Source of the DNA: Eledone cirrhosa
Lineage: Eukaryota
NCBI GenBank assembly: GCA_964016885.1
Contig: OZ024743.1
Coordinates: 56,234,001-56,298,000, forward strand
Direction: 5' to 3'
DNA: 64,000 bases
Shown: piece after piece, positions 41,501 through 52,500 of the stretch
Position numbering within the stretch: position 1 is the stretch's first letter
Layout: each line of letters begins with the position of its first letter
Program-made: the position numbers and the translations under genes
Notes under the pieces: generated by a model
Database searches by the model: none
The model's input: only the letters and a program-made list of their open reading frames with translations
Told to the model about the DNA's origin: nothing

Positions 41501-43580
41501 TAGATAGAGTATTTTGTAGGGAAATAGATAGGTCTAGCATAGGCTGTCCACAATTCAAGATAGTCAGCTACACGAACCACAAATTCGTGATCTGTGTGCT
41601 TGACTTAGATAGGCGTCATAGACGAGGACCCGGCTACTGGAAGCTAAACGCGTCCTTACCAGCGCGCAAAGCCTACACAGACCGGATTAGCGAACTAGTT
41701 AAGTGGGCGTTGACGGGGGCCATTGTCAACAACAAATGGTGGTTTGCTCTGAAAAGAGCAATTAGAATAGAGTTCATTAGGTTTAGTAAGGCTTTAGCAA
41801 TAGAGAAAAATAGAGCAGAGGGAGAATTAGTTAGAAAATTAGACGAGGCGCTTAGCAAAGGCATCGCGACCGACGTACTTGCGGCGAAATTGGCCCTTGA
41901 CCAATTCTTCAATGCAAAGCACGAAGGCTGCGTTGTCAGAGCTAGGGTGCGTGCTCTCAGATACGAGGGGACGAAAGCCGTTCAATGGGCCCGAGTGACG
42001 GAGGCGTGTCGTGGCAACAAAGCCACGATCCGGTCTTCGGTGGACCACGACGGGCGCATGCTACTCGATCCCTGAAAATGTGTGAAGCTTTTCAGCGACA
42101 CTTCGCACAGCTGTTCGGGGGCAGCGGCGGGCCGGATCGAGGGATGGACTTTAGTGTCTACCTCGACGGACTGCCGCGGCTCTCGGCCACTGAGGCGGAG
42201 CGTTGCGAAAAGCCGATAACAGCCGCTGAAGTACGGGAGGTAATTACTGGCTGCACAAGGAGTAAATCGCCTGGTTTGGATGGTCTGCCCTATGAACTTT
42301 ACGTACAGATGCCAGACTTGTTCGGAGGCTTCTTGGCGGACGTCTACTGCAACTGGCAACAGAACGGGAGAATTCCCAGCTCTGTGAGCCGAGGAACTGT
42401 GACGCTGCTGAGAAAGGATCCGAACAAGGGTGATAACATAGATAATTTCAGGCCCATAACTCTGCTAAACACAGAGTTCAAGATTTTGGCCAAGGTGCTA
42501 GCTTGTCGTTGGTGGTCTGGTAGGAGAGGCGCAGACGTGCGCCATTCCCGACAGATCCATCCACGACAACCTCCACCTCATGCGATAACATCGTAGAGCG
42601 GGTAGCTAGGGAACCTGGCACGGGTGAGTACTTGATCAATTTAGATCAGTCGAAAGCTTTCGATAGGGTCGACCATCGATTCCTAGCGGCAGTCCTGAGG
42701 GCGGCTGGCTTTGGGCCCGTCTTCAGAGGCTGGATCGCTGCCATGCACAGCGACATCTGCTCTGTGGTGAGAGTGAACGGTCACTTTTCGGAACCGTTCA
42801 ACATCATGCGCTCGGTCCGCCAAGGATGTCCCCTCTCGTCCCTCATACTATCTCTTTCGCCATGGCCACCAGACAGATAAAAACTGCCTACCCTTCCCGG
42901 CTAAAGGAAGAGGGCGGGGCAATCCTCACGATGGCCTCAGCTGATAGCTGGATCCGTCCTACACGTGACAGCAGGTGTTCGACATAAACCCACAAGGCAG
43001 CAATGCTCGGACACTGGACGAGTGCGTGCAGGACGGTTTCGTCGCCCTGCGCGCCATTTGCTTTTGCTCCGCAAACATCATTCCAATATGTAACTATAAA
43101 ACATTACCGGGGCCTGGCTTCTCACTTCAGCCACTGGACCGTGTCACGTTTGAAAGGGCTGAAGACGAGCACTTACCTCTTCGGTGATGCCCTGATTAAC
43201 CTTTTCAAATTTCATGTGAAAAGGAAAATCAGGGTAGAGAGGGAAGTGCTCTCTTCCCAGCATTTTGTTGAAAGATGGGTGAGAGAAGCAAGTATGGCCC
43301 GAGTGAATGGGCCTACTCTGAGTATCTGTCTGTAAATTAAAGGTGGAAAATTGGGAGAAGGCACTTGCCCTGATGGTCAGAGTCACTGTGGCCTTTTAAT
43401 GGGCTTTCTCCACAAATGTCCCTCGGAAGTCTCCCCCCTATTGGGAAATTTTCATTGTTATTTTTTATTACATCCTGGTTTTTTTTACACGCAGAAATGC
43501 CCATTTGTACCGTCCTGTATTGTCCTGTACTGTCCTTAATGTCTACTTTATGTAAACCCCTGTGGTTAATAAATAAAGCA
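38556..43580 (+). mobile_element. Tx1-clade LINE copy H: open ORF1, ORF2 broken by deletion and inversion
   Basis: Follows (ATT)n. ORF2 from 40883 stops after QGCPLSSL, followed by an inverted segment 42844-43054, filler, a sense 3' end, AATAAA and (ATT)n. Confidence 0.93.
38786..40801 (+). CDS. ORF1 of H (671 aa): Asn/Ser-rich N-terminus, putative RNA-binding core, CCHC knuckle, Pro/Thr tail
   Basis: Uninterrupted ORF with GKRPKCFRCGSNTHLRAFC, homologous to the other ORF1s. The last ~20 residues are probably frameshifted. Confidence 0.85.
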   Translation: MATKKNFHKSLPLIPSSSSIVTTPERRLSLSLPSLSQATPVKKNSFQNHVQNVEHFSTTTTTTKKVCGKYENPFHSSDVMNNSSSSRNNNSSSSNGDKENNSSSRNSISSSINNNSISSNSNNNSSSSNNNNNHSNSGGGSCSTSSNNKSNSSSDDDNNNNNNKEKPISFAGIAKNLETILITNEESKKMVTKTGHRAICKAAENFFETQQHCTVTYRTVSTKSRRVERATEAQIQKALGSVWQRKTHITRGKKYATVDVLFYTPQEAKAQSLVTLRSEEMVLVPSYCGQKIVRVKLTHVLPGMAPSWLAASVLVGIEDKTTVLQVQKKVREDWVSTSIEMLIQANQECIEAIPDVIDFDNGTQLPISIEGKRPKCFRCGSNTHLRAFCNENTLRKETSPLLPKPALLLPATGQAATWKDRSVAPIPTPRKSRTATAVEVLTTTTAIPTAAATETPLQTSPPTTSERVELVPLPDLTESDMECEVGEGWQKVARRHKRRSSASSPSKREERNEKRVKATAKRFTAATPPTPSPPTLAPPSPPAATPPLTTTPSTPQAPTSQTQQNTHTQQQRQENSRTTPHPQKNKCTAINTHNKKLMTYIIEHTDISQHDYIIPAPIKTPTNIRLVKIAQKQYTNIKTKFPNAEYIRIYSQKSRRPAEGAIQRSLHQTIK

Positions 43581-43603
43581 TTATTATTATTATTATTATT
43601 ATT

Positions 43604-46600
43604 GGTCTAAGCGGACGTATTTTGCTCGCTCACAGTAAGTCGCTTTATTTGCCTGTTTAAATTATTTGTTGTTAAATATTTCTTGTTGTGTAAGGGATAT
43701 AAGCCCTTAGACTTTGCCCCGTGAAGGGGAAAGAATAATATTTGGGCCTTTTCGCCCAAATATTTGAACTTTTTTTTACATGTTAAAAAATTTACGAAGA
43801 AAAAAAACATGGCTGAGCCACGCCCCCCAGCGATATGTCAGCTGTCGTGCGACAACGACGTAGAAGTTGAGAGGAGCGCTACAGCGAAATTAACAAAACA
43901 TTGATAACACAAACACCTCCACAAACAAGGTAAACAAAGACACCAATGATACCAATAAGAACTCTAATTTTGAAAAAAATGACAGTAACAGCGACAACGA
44001 AAATACAGATAACAAAAAAAAAATAACAAATACAACAATATCAACACCACTAACATGAAAACAAATAGCGACAACACCAACAGCAACAATACCAACTGCA
44101 CCGAGAACAACGGTGGCAACAAAGACAACAATGATAACAGCGACAGTGCAAACAACAACACCAACAAGAACAACGTCATCAACACCCCCAACGAAAACAA
44201 GACCACTTTCGCTGCGGCAGCAGCAAAAAAGAGGCCATGCTTCAACATGGACCTCTCACATAAAGATGAAAAGTTGGCCCAGGCATGGAAGCTCATCAAG
44301 CAAGAGCAAACTTGGGCCAACATAACTGTGCCGGTAGAAGCTATTGAGGCAGTGGAGCGCAAAACGGTGCATTATAGATGCATCTCAGCACAAACCAAAA
44401 GGGCAGCGTTAATCCCACAAGAAGATATCGAAGTCGCGCTGAGGTGCATCAGAGAAGACACCCAGTACATAGAGAGGGGCAGACAGTACGGCACCATTTC
44501 GGTGTTGTTCAAGTCAGAAGCCCTCGCGATGAAACACGCCGTGACTCCTTGCAAAACCAGCAAGGTCATAATGTACTCCTCCCACATGGGAAAAAGAACG
44601 GCCCGTCTCCGTATTCCCAGAATCCCACCAGGACTTGACATGTGGTGGATTCTGGGATGTGTGATTGTGGAGGGGACGGATACCGTCTCTATAGAAGTGA
44701 CCAGAACGGCCAGAGAGGATTGGTCCGGGGTTGACCTGGATATCCTTCTCCAGATCAGGCCCAAGAATGTGAAGACAATCCCAGACCATATCCGACTTCA
44801 GAATGGGACTGTCATTCACATTATGACCGAAGGCAAAAGGCCGCAGTGTTTTGTTTGTGGGGAAAAAACCCATTTGCGAGCCTTCTGCCCTCAACTGCTG
44901 ACAGAGGCAAGGGGTCGGAAGGCTCCACTGCTGCCGACGCCGGGGCGAGGACCACAACCAACACCTGCACCGGCAAAACCACCAACAAAAACACCAATAG
45001 AAAAAACACCACCAACATTGACCACCCAGGGGGGAAACGAGGAAAGCTGTCAAATTCCCCCAATTCCACCAATAAAACCTTAAACATACATACAAACACA
45101 CTTACAGACCCCTCATCTACCAGTAGTGAAGATGAGGGAAATCCAAAATCCCCCAAAATACAAAAAAGGAAACACAAAAAGAAAAAAAAACTCAACAAAG
45201 CACAAAAGCACCCCAATAAAAAACGCAGACACCACCCACGCAAACATCTCTCCAATAACACCAACATCAACACCACCATCACCATCACCAGAATCCCCCA
45301 AACGCAAACAACGGAAACAGACGCAAGAACAAATATACACACAAACATCTGAAACCACAGACATCGCACTCACAACAAACACAGATACAACCGAAACAAC
45401 ACCACCAAAACTATCACCACCACAGCCACGCAAACAAATAAAATCACACCAACAAAACATACAAAACTTCGTGCTCGTCAGGAGGGCCAACAAGGAACTG
45501 ATGGCCCTCGTAGCACGAAGTGAAAATATACAAAAAGAGGGGGAAATGTTTAAATCGAGCACATTTCGCGTGCCGGAAGATTTGGTTCTGGTGCGAATGT
45601 CGCTCGACATATTCAAAGAAATACGAGACAGCTTTCCTCGGGACGTGGGAACCCCGAACGTAAAACCCACTTCAAGACTTTTAAAGGGGTTCCCAAAAGA
45701 AACCCCACTAACTATGGAGGTCGAACAACCCGACCTTCACAAGAGCCCGGAAGGTACGTAAACCTTCCTCTCTCTCTGTTTAACCTGCCAACATGGCCGT
45801 ATTAAGAGTAGGATGTTTAAATGTTCGAGGCCTGGGATCGTCCTGGAAGCAGGGTCACCTGCTCAACGATCTCATGTCTATAGAAATGGATGTAATTGCA
45901 GTCAGCGAGACCAGGATTTCCAACACGCGCGCACTAGCCCCCATTTTCGACGACTATCAGATCTTTGCATCTGTTAGCCAGCCGGGAATGGGAGGCGGGG
46001 TGGCAGTGCTGTTTAGGAAAGGCCTGGATCTCGAGCTAAGGTCGATCTTCCGGGACCCGGACGGGAAGTTGGTGGTCCTGGACGTGAACAATAATGAAGG
46101 TGGTGCCTTTAGACTGGTGGCCGTCTATGTTCCTACTGGGGCAGGACGGCCGGACTTCTTTAGACGCCTGGAAGCCTTTCTGGGTACGTCTCGCCCTTTA
46201 CTGTTAGCGGGGGACTGGAACGGCATCTTAGACGCACGCTGGGACTGTGTGGGAGTATCCGATAGGAGCGGGGGGTGCAAAAGCCTCAAGAACCTGATCA
46301 GCCAGTTCCAACTGTCTGACAGGTACCGACTAGATTTCCCTAATGAGCCAGTGTGGACCTGGGCTAACCGCATAGGGTCATCTAGATCGTATATAGACAT
46401 GATATTCATTAGGAAAATAGACAGAAATAGTGTAAGCTGTCCACGTTTTGAAACGGTCGCCTATTCAGATCACAAGTTTGTCATCTGTATGGTCGACCTA
46501 GATAAGACGCGTAGGTTAGGACCTGGTTACTGGAAGCTAAACATGTCATTTCCGGCACGTAAGGCTTACAGGGACCAGGTCAACAATTTAGTTAAGAAAA

Positions 46601-49428
46601 AGTTGACAGGGGTGTCGTCAAAAATAGATGGTGGGGGGCTCTCAAAAGAGAGATTAGAGTAATGTCGATAGAGTTTAGCAAAGAAGTAGCATTAGAGAAA
46701 AATAGAAAGGAGGGAGAGTTGGTAGATAAGTTAGACGAGGCTATTGGTAGTGGCATTGCAACTGATGTGCTAGCGGCGAGAATGTCATTAGACCATTTCT
46801 TCAATGCGAAACACGAAGGTTGCATTGTCAGAGCTAAGGCGCGTGCTCTGAGAAACGAGGGAACCAAAGCTGTTCGATGGGCCCGCGTGGCAGAGGCGCA
46901 GCGTGGTAATAAAACCACGATTCGGTCTTTGACGGACCGAGACGGGCTCGAGCTGATGATTCCAAGAGGATGTGTGAGACCTTTCGCCAACATTTTGCTC
47001 GGTTGTTCGGGGGAAGTGGCGGGTCAGAGATAGTGGCGGACTTCAGTCCCTACCTCGATGGCTTGCCGCAACTCTCGACGGCTGACGCTGGGCGCTGCGA
47101 AAGGTAAATTACTTCAGCCGAGATTCAGGATGCCCTTGTAGGCTGCATGAGGCGCAAGTCACCCGGTTTGGATGGTCTGCCCTACGAGCTTTACGTAAAT
47201 ATGCCAGACTTGTTCTCCAATCTCCTCGAAGCGCTCTACTGCAACTGGCAGCAAAACGGGAGTATTCCCAGTTCTGTGAGCCGGGGCGTAGTGACGCTGA
47301 TAAGGAAAGACGAGAACAAGAGGGACACATTAGACAATTTCAGGCCCATAACTCTGCTCAACACAGAGTTTAAGATTTTGGCCAGGGTGTTAGCGAAGAG
47401 GTTGGAGCTTGTCGTCGGGGATTTGGTTGGGGAGACGCAAACTTGCGCACTCCCAACCAGGTCCATACACGACAACCTCCACCTAATGCGATACATCATA
47501 GAGAGGGTAGGGTGTAAACCTGGCTTCGGTGGGGCTCTGATCAATTTAGATCAATCGAAAGCATTCGATAGGGTCGACCATCGGTACCTGGAGGCTGTCC
47601 TCAAGGCGGCTGGCTTCGGCCCCGTCTTCAGAAGCTGGATCGCTGCAATGCACAGCGGCACCTGCTCGATGGTGAAAATTAATGGCCACCTCTCGGAACC
47701 GTTTCAGGTCTCCTGATCGGTCCGACAAGCGTGCCCTCTCTCCTCCCTTCTGTACGTATTGACTCTCGAGCCTTTACTTCGGAAGCTGGAGCTGTTACAG
47801 GGCATCCCGCTCGAACCGGGACGCGGAAAGGCTCAGAAATCGAGGTGGTCGGCAACTTATTGGAGGAATATGAAAGGTTGACAGGAGCAAAACTTAACCC
47901 GGAAAAGTCAGTGGGCTTGCAACTCGGCACCTAGAGAGACAAGTCCATGCCGTCCAACAGCGTCGTTAGGCGCTGGATGGACGGACCGGTAAAGTTGCTA
48001 GGGGTTTGGTTCGGGCCAGACCTCCAGGTGGATAAGAATTGGGATGAGGTGACGGGCAGGGTAGTCAGTCTCACCCAGGCTGGGGTGAAGCTATCACTGA
48101 AAGGTCGGGCGGAGGTGGCGAACGCGTACATCGCGTCCGTCATCTACTACCGTCTGACTGTCGTCCCTTGCCATCTTGGAGCGCCTTGCCATCTTGGAGC
48201 GGCTCCTCTTCAAATTCTTGTGGAGGGGTCAGGTTCCGCTGGTGAGGCGGTCCTTCTGCTGCCAGCACCCTCTATGTGGAGGGCTGGGCATGCCGTGGCT
48301 AATTATGCGCAGGCACGCGCTGAGGCTGCGGCATCTCCAGATATTCTGCCTAAACGGTGAACAGGTGTGGTCGACGTTTGTCAGACGGGCCTTTCCGCAG
48401 CTCGTTTCTTTGACTGAGTTGCAGTCCTGGGTCAAGAAGAAACCGAGACTGGGTGACTGGCATCTGGAATGTTGCCAGGCACTCACTGCCCTCTACCAGG
48501 CGGGCAATGCGGTCAGTGGAACTTCCACTCTCGAGTTCTATAGAGGATTAGTGGTGGGCAAGTGCGACGACGCACTTTGAGAGGCTCTGGGAGTCAACGA
48601 AGTCGAACTAACCAGTCTGTACCGGAGGACTTTCGAGCCGGGGACGATGGATAATTTCCAAAAATCCCTCGCTTGGCAGTGCTACCGGGGGGCACTGCCG
48701 GTTCGAGATAAGATCTACAGGCACGGAAGTGCTGTCAGATGGACCTGCCCGAGATGCGCCCAGAGCGACGAAACCGTTCTGCACGCACTCGTCCAGTGTC
48801 CGTGCATTACTGACTTGTGGAGTTATGTTGAACAGCTGTTGTCGCATGTAGAACGGATCCGGCTATCGGCCGAGTCCATAGTGAAGATCGACCCGCCGCC
48901 TTCTTTTGGCCAGGAAGGGCAGGCAATTTTCCTCTGTCTGGTGGCAGTAGCGAAAGAGGTTGTATGGTGGACGAGGTTGAAAGGACTGAAGACAGACACT
49001 TTTCTCTTCGGCCAATCCCTTTTCAAGTTTCACTTGAAAAGGAAGGTGGGGGTGGGGAGAGAAGTGCTGCCCCCCAGTACATTTGCTGAAAGGTGGGTGA
49101 ATGTGGCGAGAATGGCCCATGTGAGTGGGACTATTCTGGTCATGCGGCTGTAGGTAGGTAAATTTGAAGAGGAGAGGGGTGCCCTTCCAGGGTGCTCTCG
49201 AAGCGTCGGGTCGTTCAGGACTGGTGGGGTACCGGAACGAACTCTAGGTGGTCATCCCCCCAATTGGGGAATTTTTTCTTGTTGTAATTTTATTGTTACT
49301 TTATTGTTACTTTGTTATTGTTACTTTGTTTATTCATATTGTTTACTCGATTTTTCTGTAAAACCCCACTGTCCCAGTCTTTTGTATTGTCCCCTATATG
49401 TCGGCCCTTGTGGCCAATAAATGAAATC
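43604..49428 (+). mobile_element. Tx1-clade LINE copy I: full length, degenerate
   Basis: ORF1 43809-45761 in pieces (CFVCGEKTHLRAFC); ORF2 45793-49153 in pieces; 3'UTR ends gtggccaataaa. Confidence 0.94.
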
Positions 49429-49433
49429 ATTAT

Positions 49434-49533
49434 CGCCGAGGTTAACTTTGTCTTTCATCCTTACGGGGTCGATAAAATAAAGTACCAGTAATGTACTGGG
49501 TAATTTGCTGGTCTTGTGCCTAGAGTAGAAACA

Positions 49534-49581
<48 letters not shown>
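49434..49581 (+). mobile_element. SINE family 1 3' half plus (ATT)n tail between copies I and J
   Basis: cgccgaggttaactttgtctttcatcc...gtagaaacaattattatt. Confidence 0.85.
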
Positions 49582-52500
49582 GGTCTAATCGGACGTCTTT
49601 TGCTCGCTCCCAGTAAGTAGCTTTATTTGCCTGTTAAAATTATTTGTTGTTAAATATTTCTTGTTGTGTAAGGGATATAAGCTCTTAGACTTTGCCCTGT
49701 GAAGGGGAAAGTATATTTGGTCCTTTTGGCCCAAATATTTGAACATTTTACTTTAAAAAAAAGAATTGTTTGAAAAAAAAAAACATGGCTGAGCCACGCC
49801 CCCACCCCCAGCAATATGTCTGCTGTCGTCTAAGTTGAGAGGAGGGCGTAAAAGTTGAGAGGAGGGTTACAAAAATTGTTACAACAGGCACCACCACAAA
49901 CGACATGAACAAAAGACAACACTGAGAACACTAATTTCGAAAAAATTACCACACCAACTACAACAATAACAGCGTCAACCAAAATACAGACAACAGAAAA
50001 AAATGACAACAAATGCAACAACGATGTTAACACCAATAACAAGAAAATAAACAACGACAACACCAACAGCAACAATACAAATTGCACCGAAAACAACAAC
50101 AACGGTGGCACCAAAAACACAACCAACTACAATAGTGATAACAACAACACCAACAACACCGTTTCTAGCAGTAGCAACAGCAACAGCACCAACAACAAGA
50201 CAAGTAGCGGCAGCAATAATGGTGCCGCTGAAAAAGGGGCCACTTCTTTCGCAGGTGTGGCCCGAAATATAGAAACAGTGCTAGTCACGGAGGAGGAGAT
50301 GGCAGTCGCAAGAGCCACGGTGTCGAGAAACGACAACAGAGTTTCTCTGAAATTCCCACCCGATTTCTTCAAAGACCAGCAACTGCGCACGGTGACTTAC
50401 CGCACCGTAAGCAAAATATCACATCGGGTGGAGAGAGCCACGGAGGCTCAAATCCAAAATGTCTTGGGGTGCGTCTGAACGCGCAAAACCCACTTCACCC
50501 GAGGCAAAAGGTACGCCACAGTCACGTACTTTTCGCCACCCCCCAAGTGGCGAAGTCTCACTCCTTGGAAACCCTAAAGAGTGGGGAGATAGTCTTGGTG
50601 CCCCCCTACTGCGGGCAGATAATTGTGAGGGTCAAAGTGACCCAGGTCCCGCCCGACGTGCCCATACCTTGGCTGGCCGCGTCTGTACTGGCTGGAATCG
50701 AGAAGACCACCATACTGCAAATACAGAGAATGGGAAGAGAGAACTGGTCAAGAATAAGCATGCAAATGCTAATACAGACTGACCAGGAGTGCCTCGAGGC
50801 CATCCCAGACATCATAGACCTCTAAGAAGGGCTCCAACTCCCTATAAGCGTGGAAGGAAGGCGCCCAAAGTGCTATCTCTGTGGGCAGAAGGGTCACCTC
50901 AGGGCCTTCTTCCCGCAGAAGACAGCCAAGAAGAGGGCCTCTTCTTCCGACGCTTGATCCGTTGCTACCAAGAGCAGGGCAGGAAACAGAGACAGAAGAC
51001 CCTTCCATGGTAAGTAGGAGGGCAACGTCCGTGGCACCCATACCAAGGCCACGGACAACTAAAGCAGCGGCAGCAGTGGCGGCAACACCAACAGCCACAG
51101 TAGCTACGCCGGCGGTAAAATCGCCGGAGTGGGCTTGACTACCACAACCAACAGCAGTGGAGCTCTTGCCCCTCCCGGACGCCGCGGGGTCCGACATGGA
51201 GTGTGAGGCGGGAGGGAAGTGGCAAACGGTGTGCCACAAAAAAAAAACCCCTTAGCTTCACCCTCCAAAAGCGAAGGCAGACAAAGAGGGGTAAAGGCTG
51301 CAAGGAGACTCGCAGCAACACCACCACCATCACCATCACCACCACAAGCATCACCACCAACAACAACCACACCAACACCAGCATCACCAAAGACACCAAC
51401 ATCGCAAACACATCAAAACACATACCCAACAGCAACAACAAGAAAACAGCAACAAAATCGCCGCTGCCCACAAAAAGTACACAGCCATAAACATGGCGAA
51501 TAAAGAACTCTTACAACATATAAAACAGCACACAGACATCACAGAAAAAAAAACTACTACACCCCACCAACACCAAGAACTCTCCCGAAAAACATAAGCA
51601 TCATTGAAATCTCAATAGAACATTACAAACTTTCAAAACAAAAGTTCCCCAACCTAGTTGGACACTTCATAAGGTCGGTTACCAAGAGGATATACACCGA
51701 CATCCTCTTGGAAACACCCATAACCAGCCAAAGGGAAGGTTCGACTGTCGCTTCACCACACGATCAAGGTAAGTGATCCTTTCTCACTTACCCCGTTTCT
51801 CATCCAACATGGCTGTACTTAGAATAGGCAGTATAAATGTTCGTGGCCTGGGATCCTCTTGGAAGCAGGGTCACTAAACATAGATGTGGTGGCCATCAGC
51901 GAGACCAGAATCTCCGAAGCACGAGCCTTCGCACCGATCTTCGGCGACTACGATGTATACGCATCTCCCAGCCGTCCAGGATCGGGGGGAGGGATTGCCG
52001 TGCTTTTTCGGAGAGGCTTGGATCTCGCCATACGCGCCATCTTCCTGGACCCAGAAGGTAAGTCGGTGTGCTTGACGTGAGCGGCAGCGAAGGCAATTCT
52101 TTCAGGCTAGTAGCCGTCTACGCCCCAACAGGAGCAGGACGGCCAGATTTCTTCAGACGTCTAGAGACCTTTCTTGGAACGTGTCGCTCTTTAGTGTTAG
52201 TGGGCGACTGGAACGGTATCTTAGATGCATTGTGGGATTATGTGGGGCTAGTAGACAGGGCAGGAGGGTGTAAAAGCCTCAACAACATGCTCAGACGTTT
52301 TGAACTGTCTGACAGTTATAGACTGGATTATCCGAATGTGCCAATGTGGACATGGGCAAACCGCATCGGGTCATCCACATCGTATTTAGATAGGGTATTC
52401 TGTAGGGAAACAGATAAGGCTAGTGTAGGCTGTCCACAATTTAAAGTAATCGACTACGCGGACCACAAATTTGTGATCTGTGAAGTTGACTTAGATAGAC

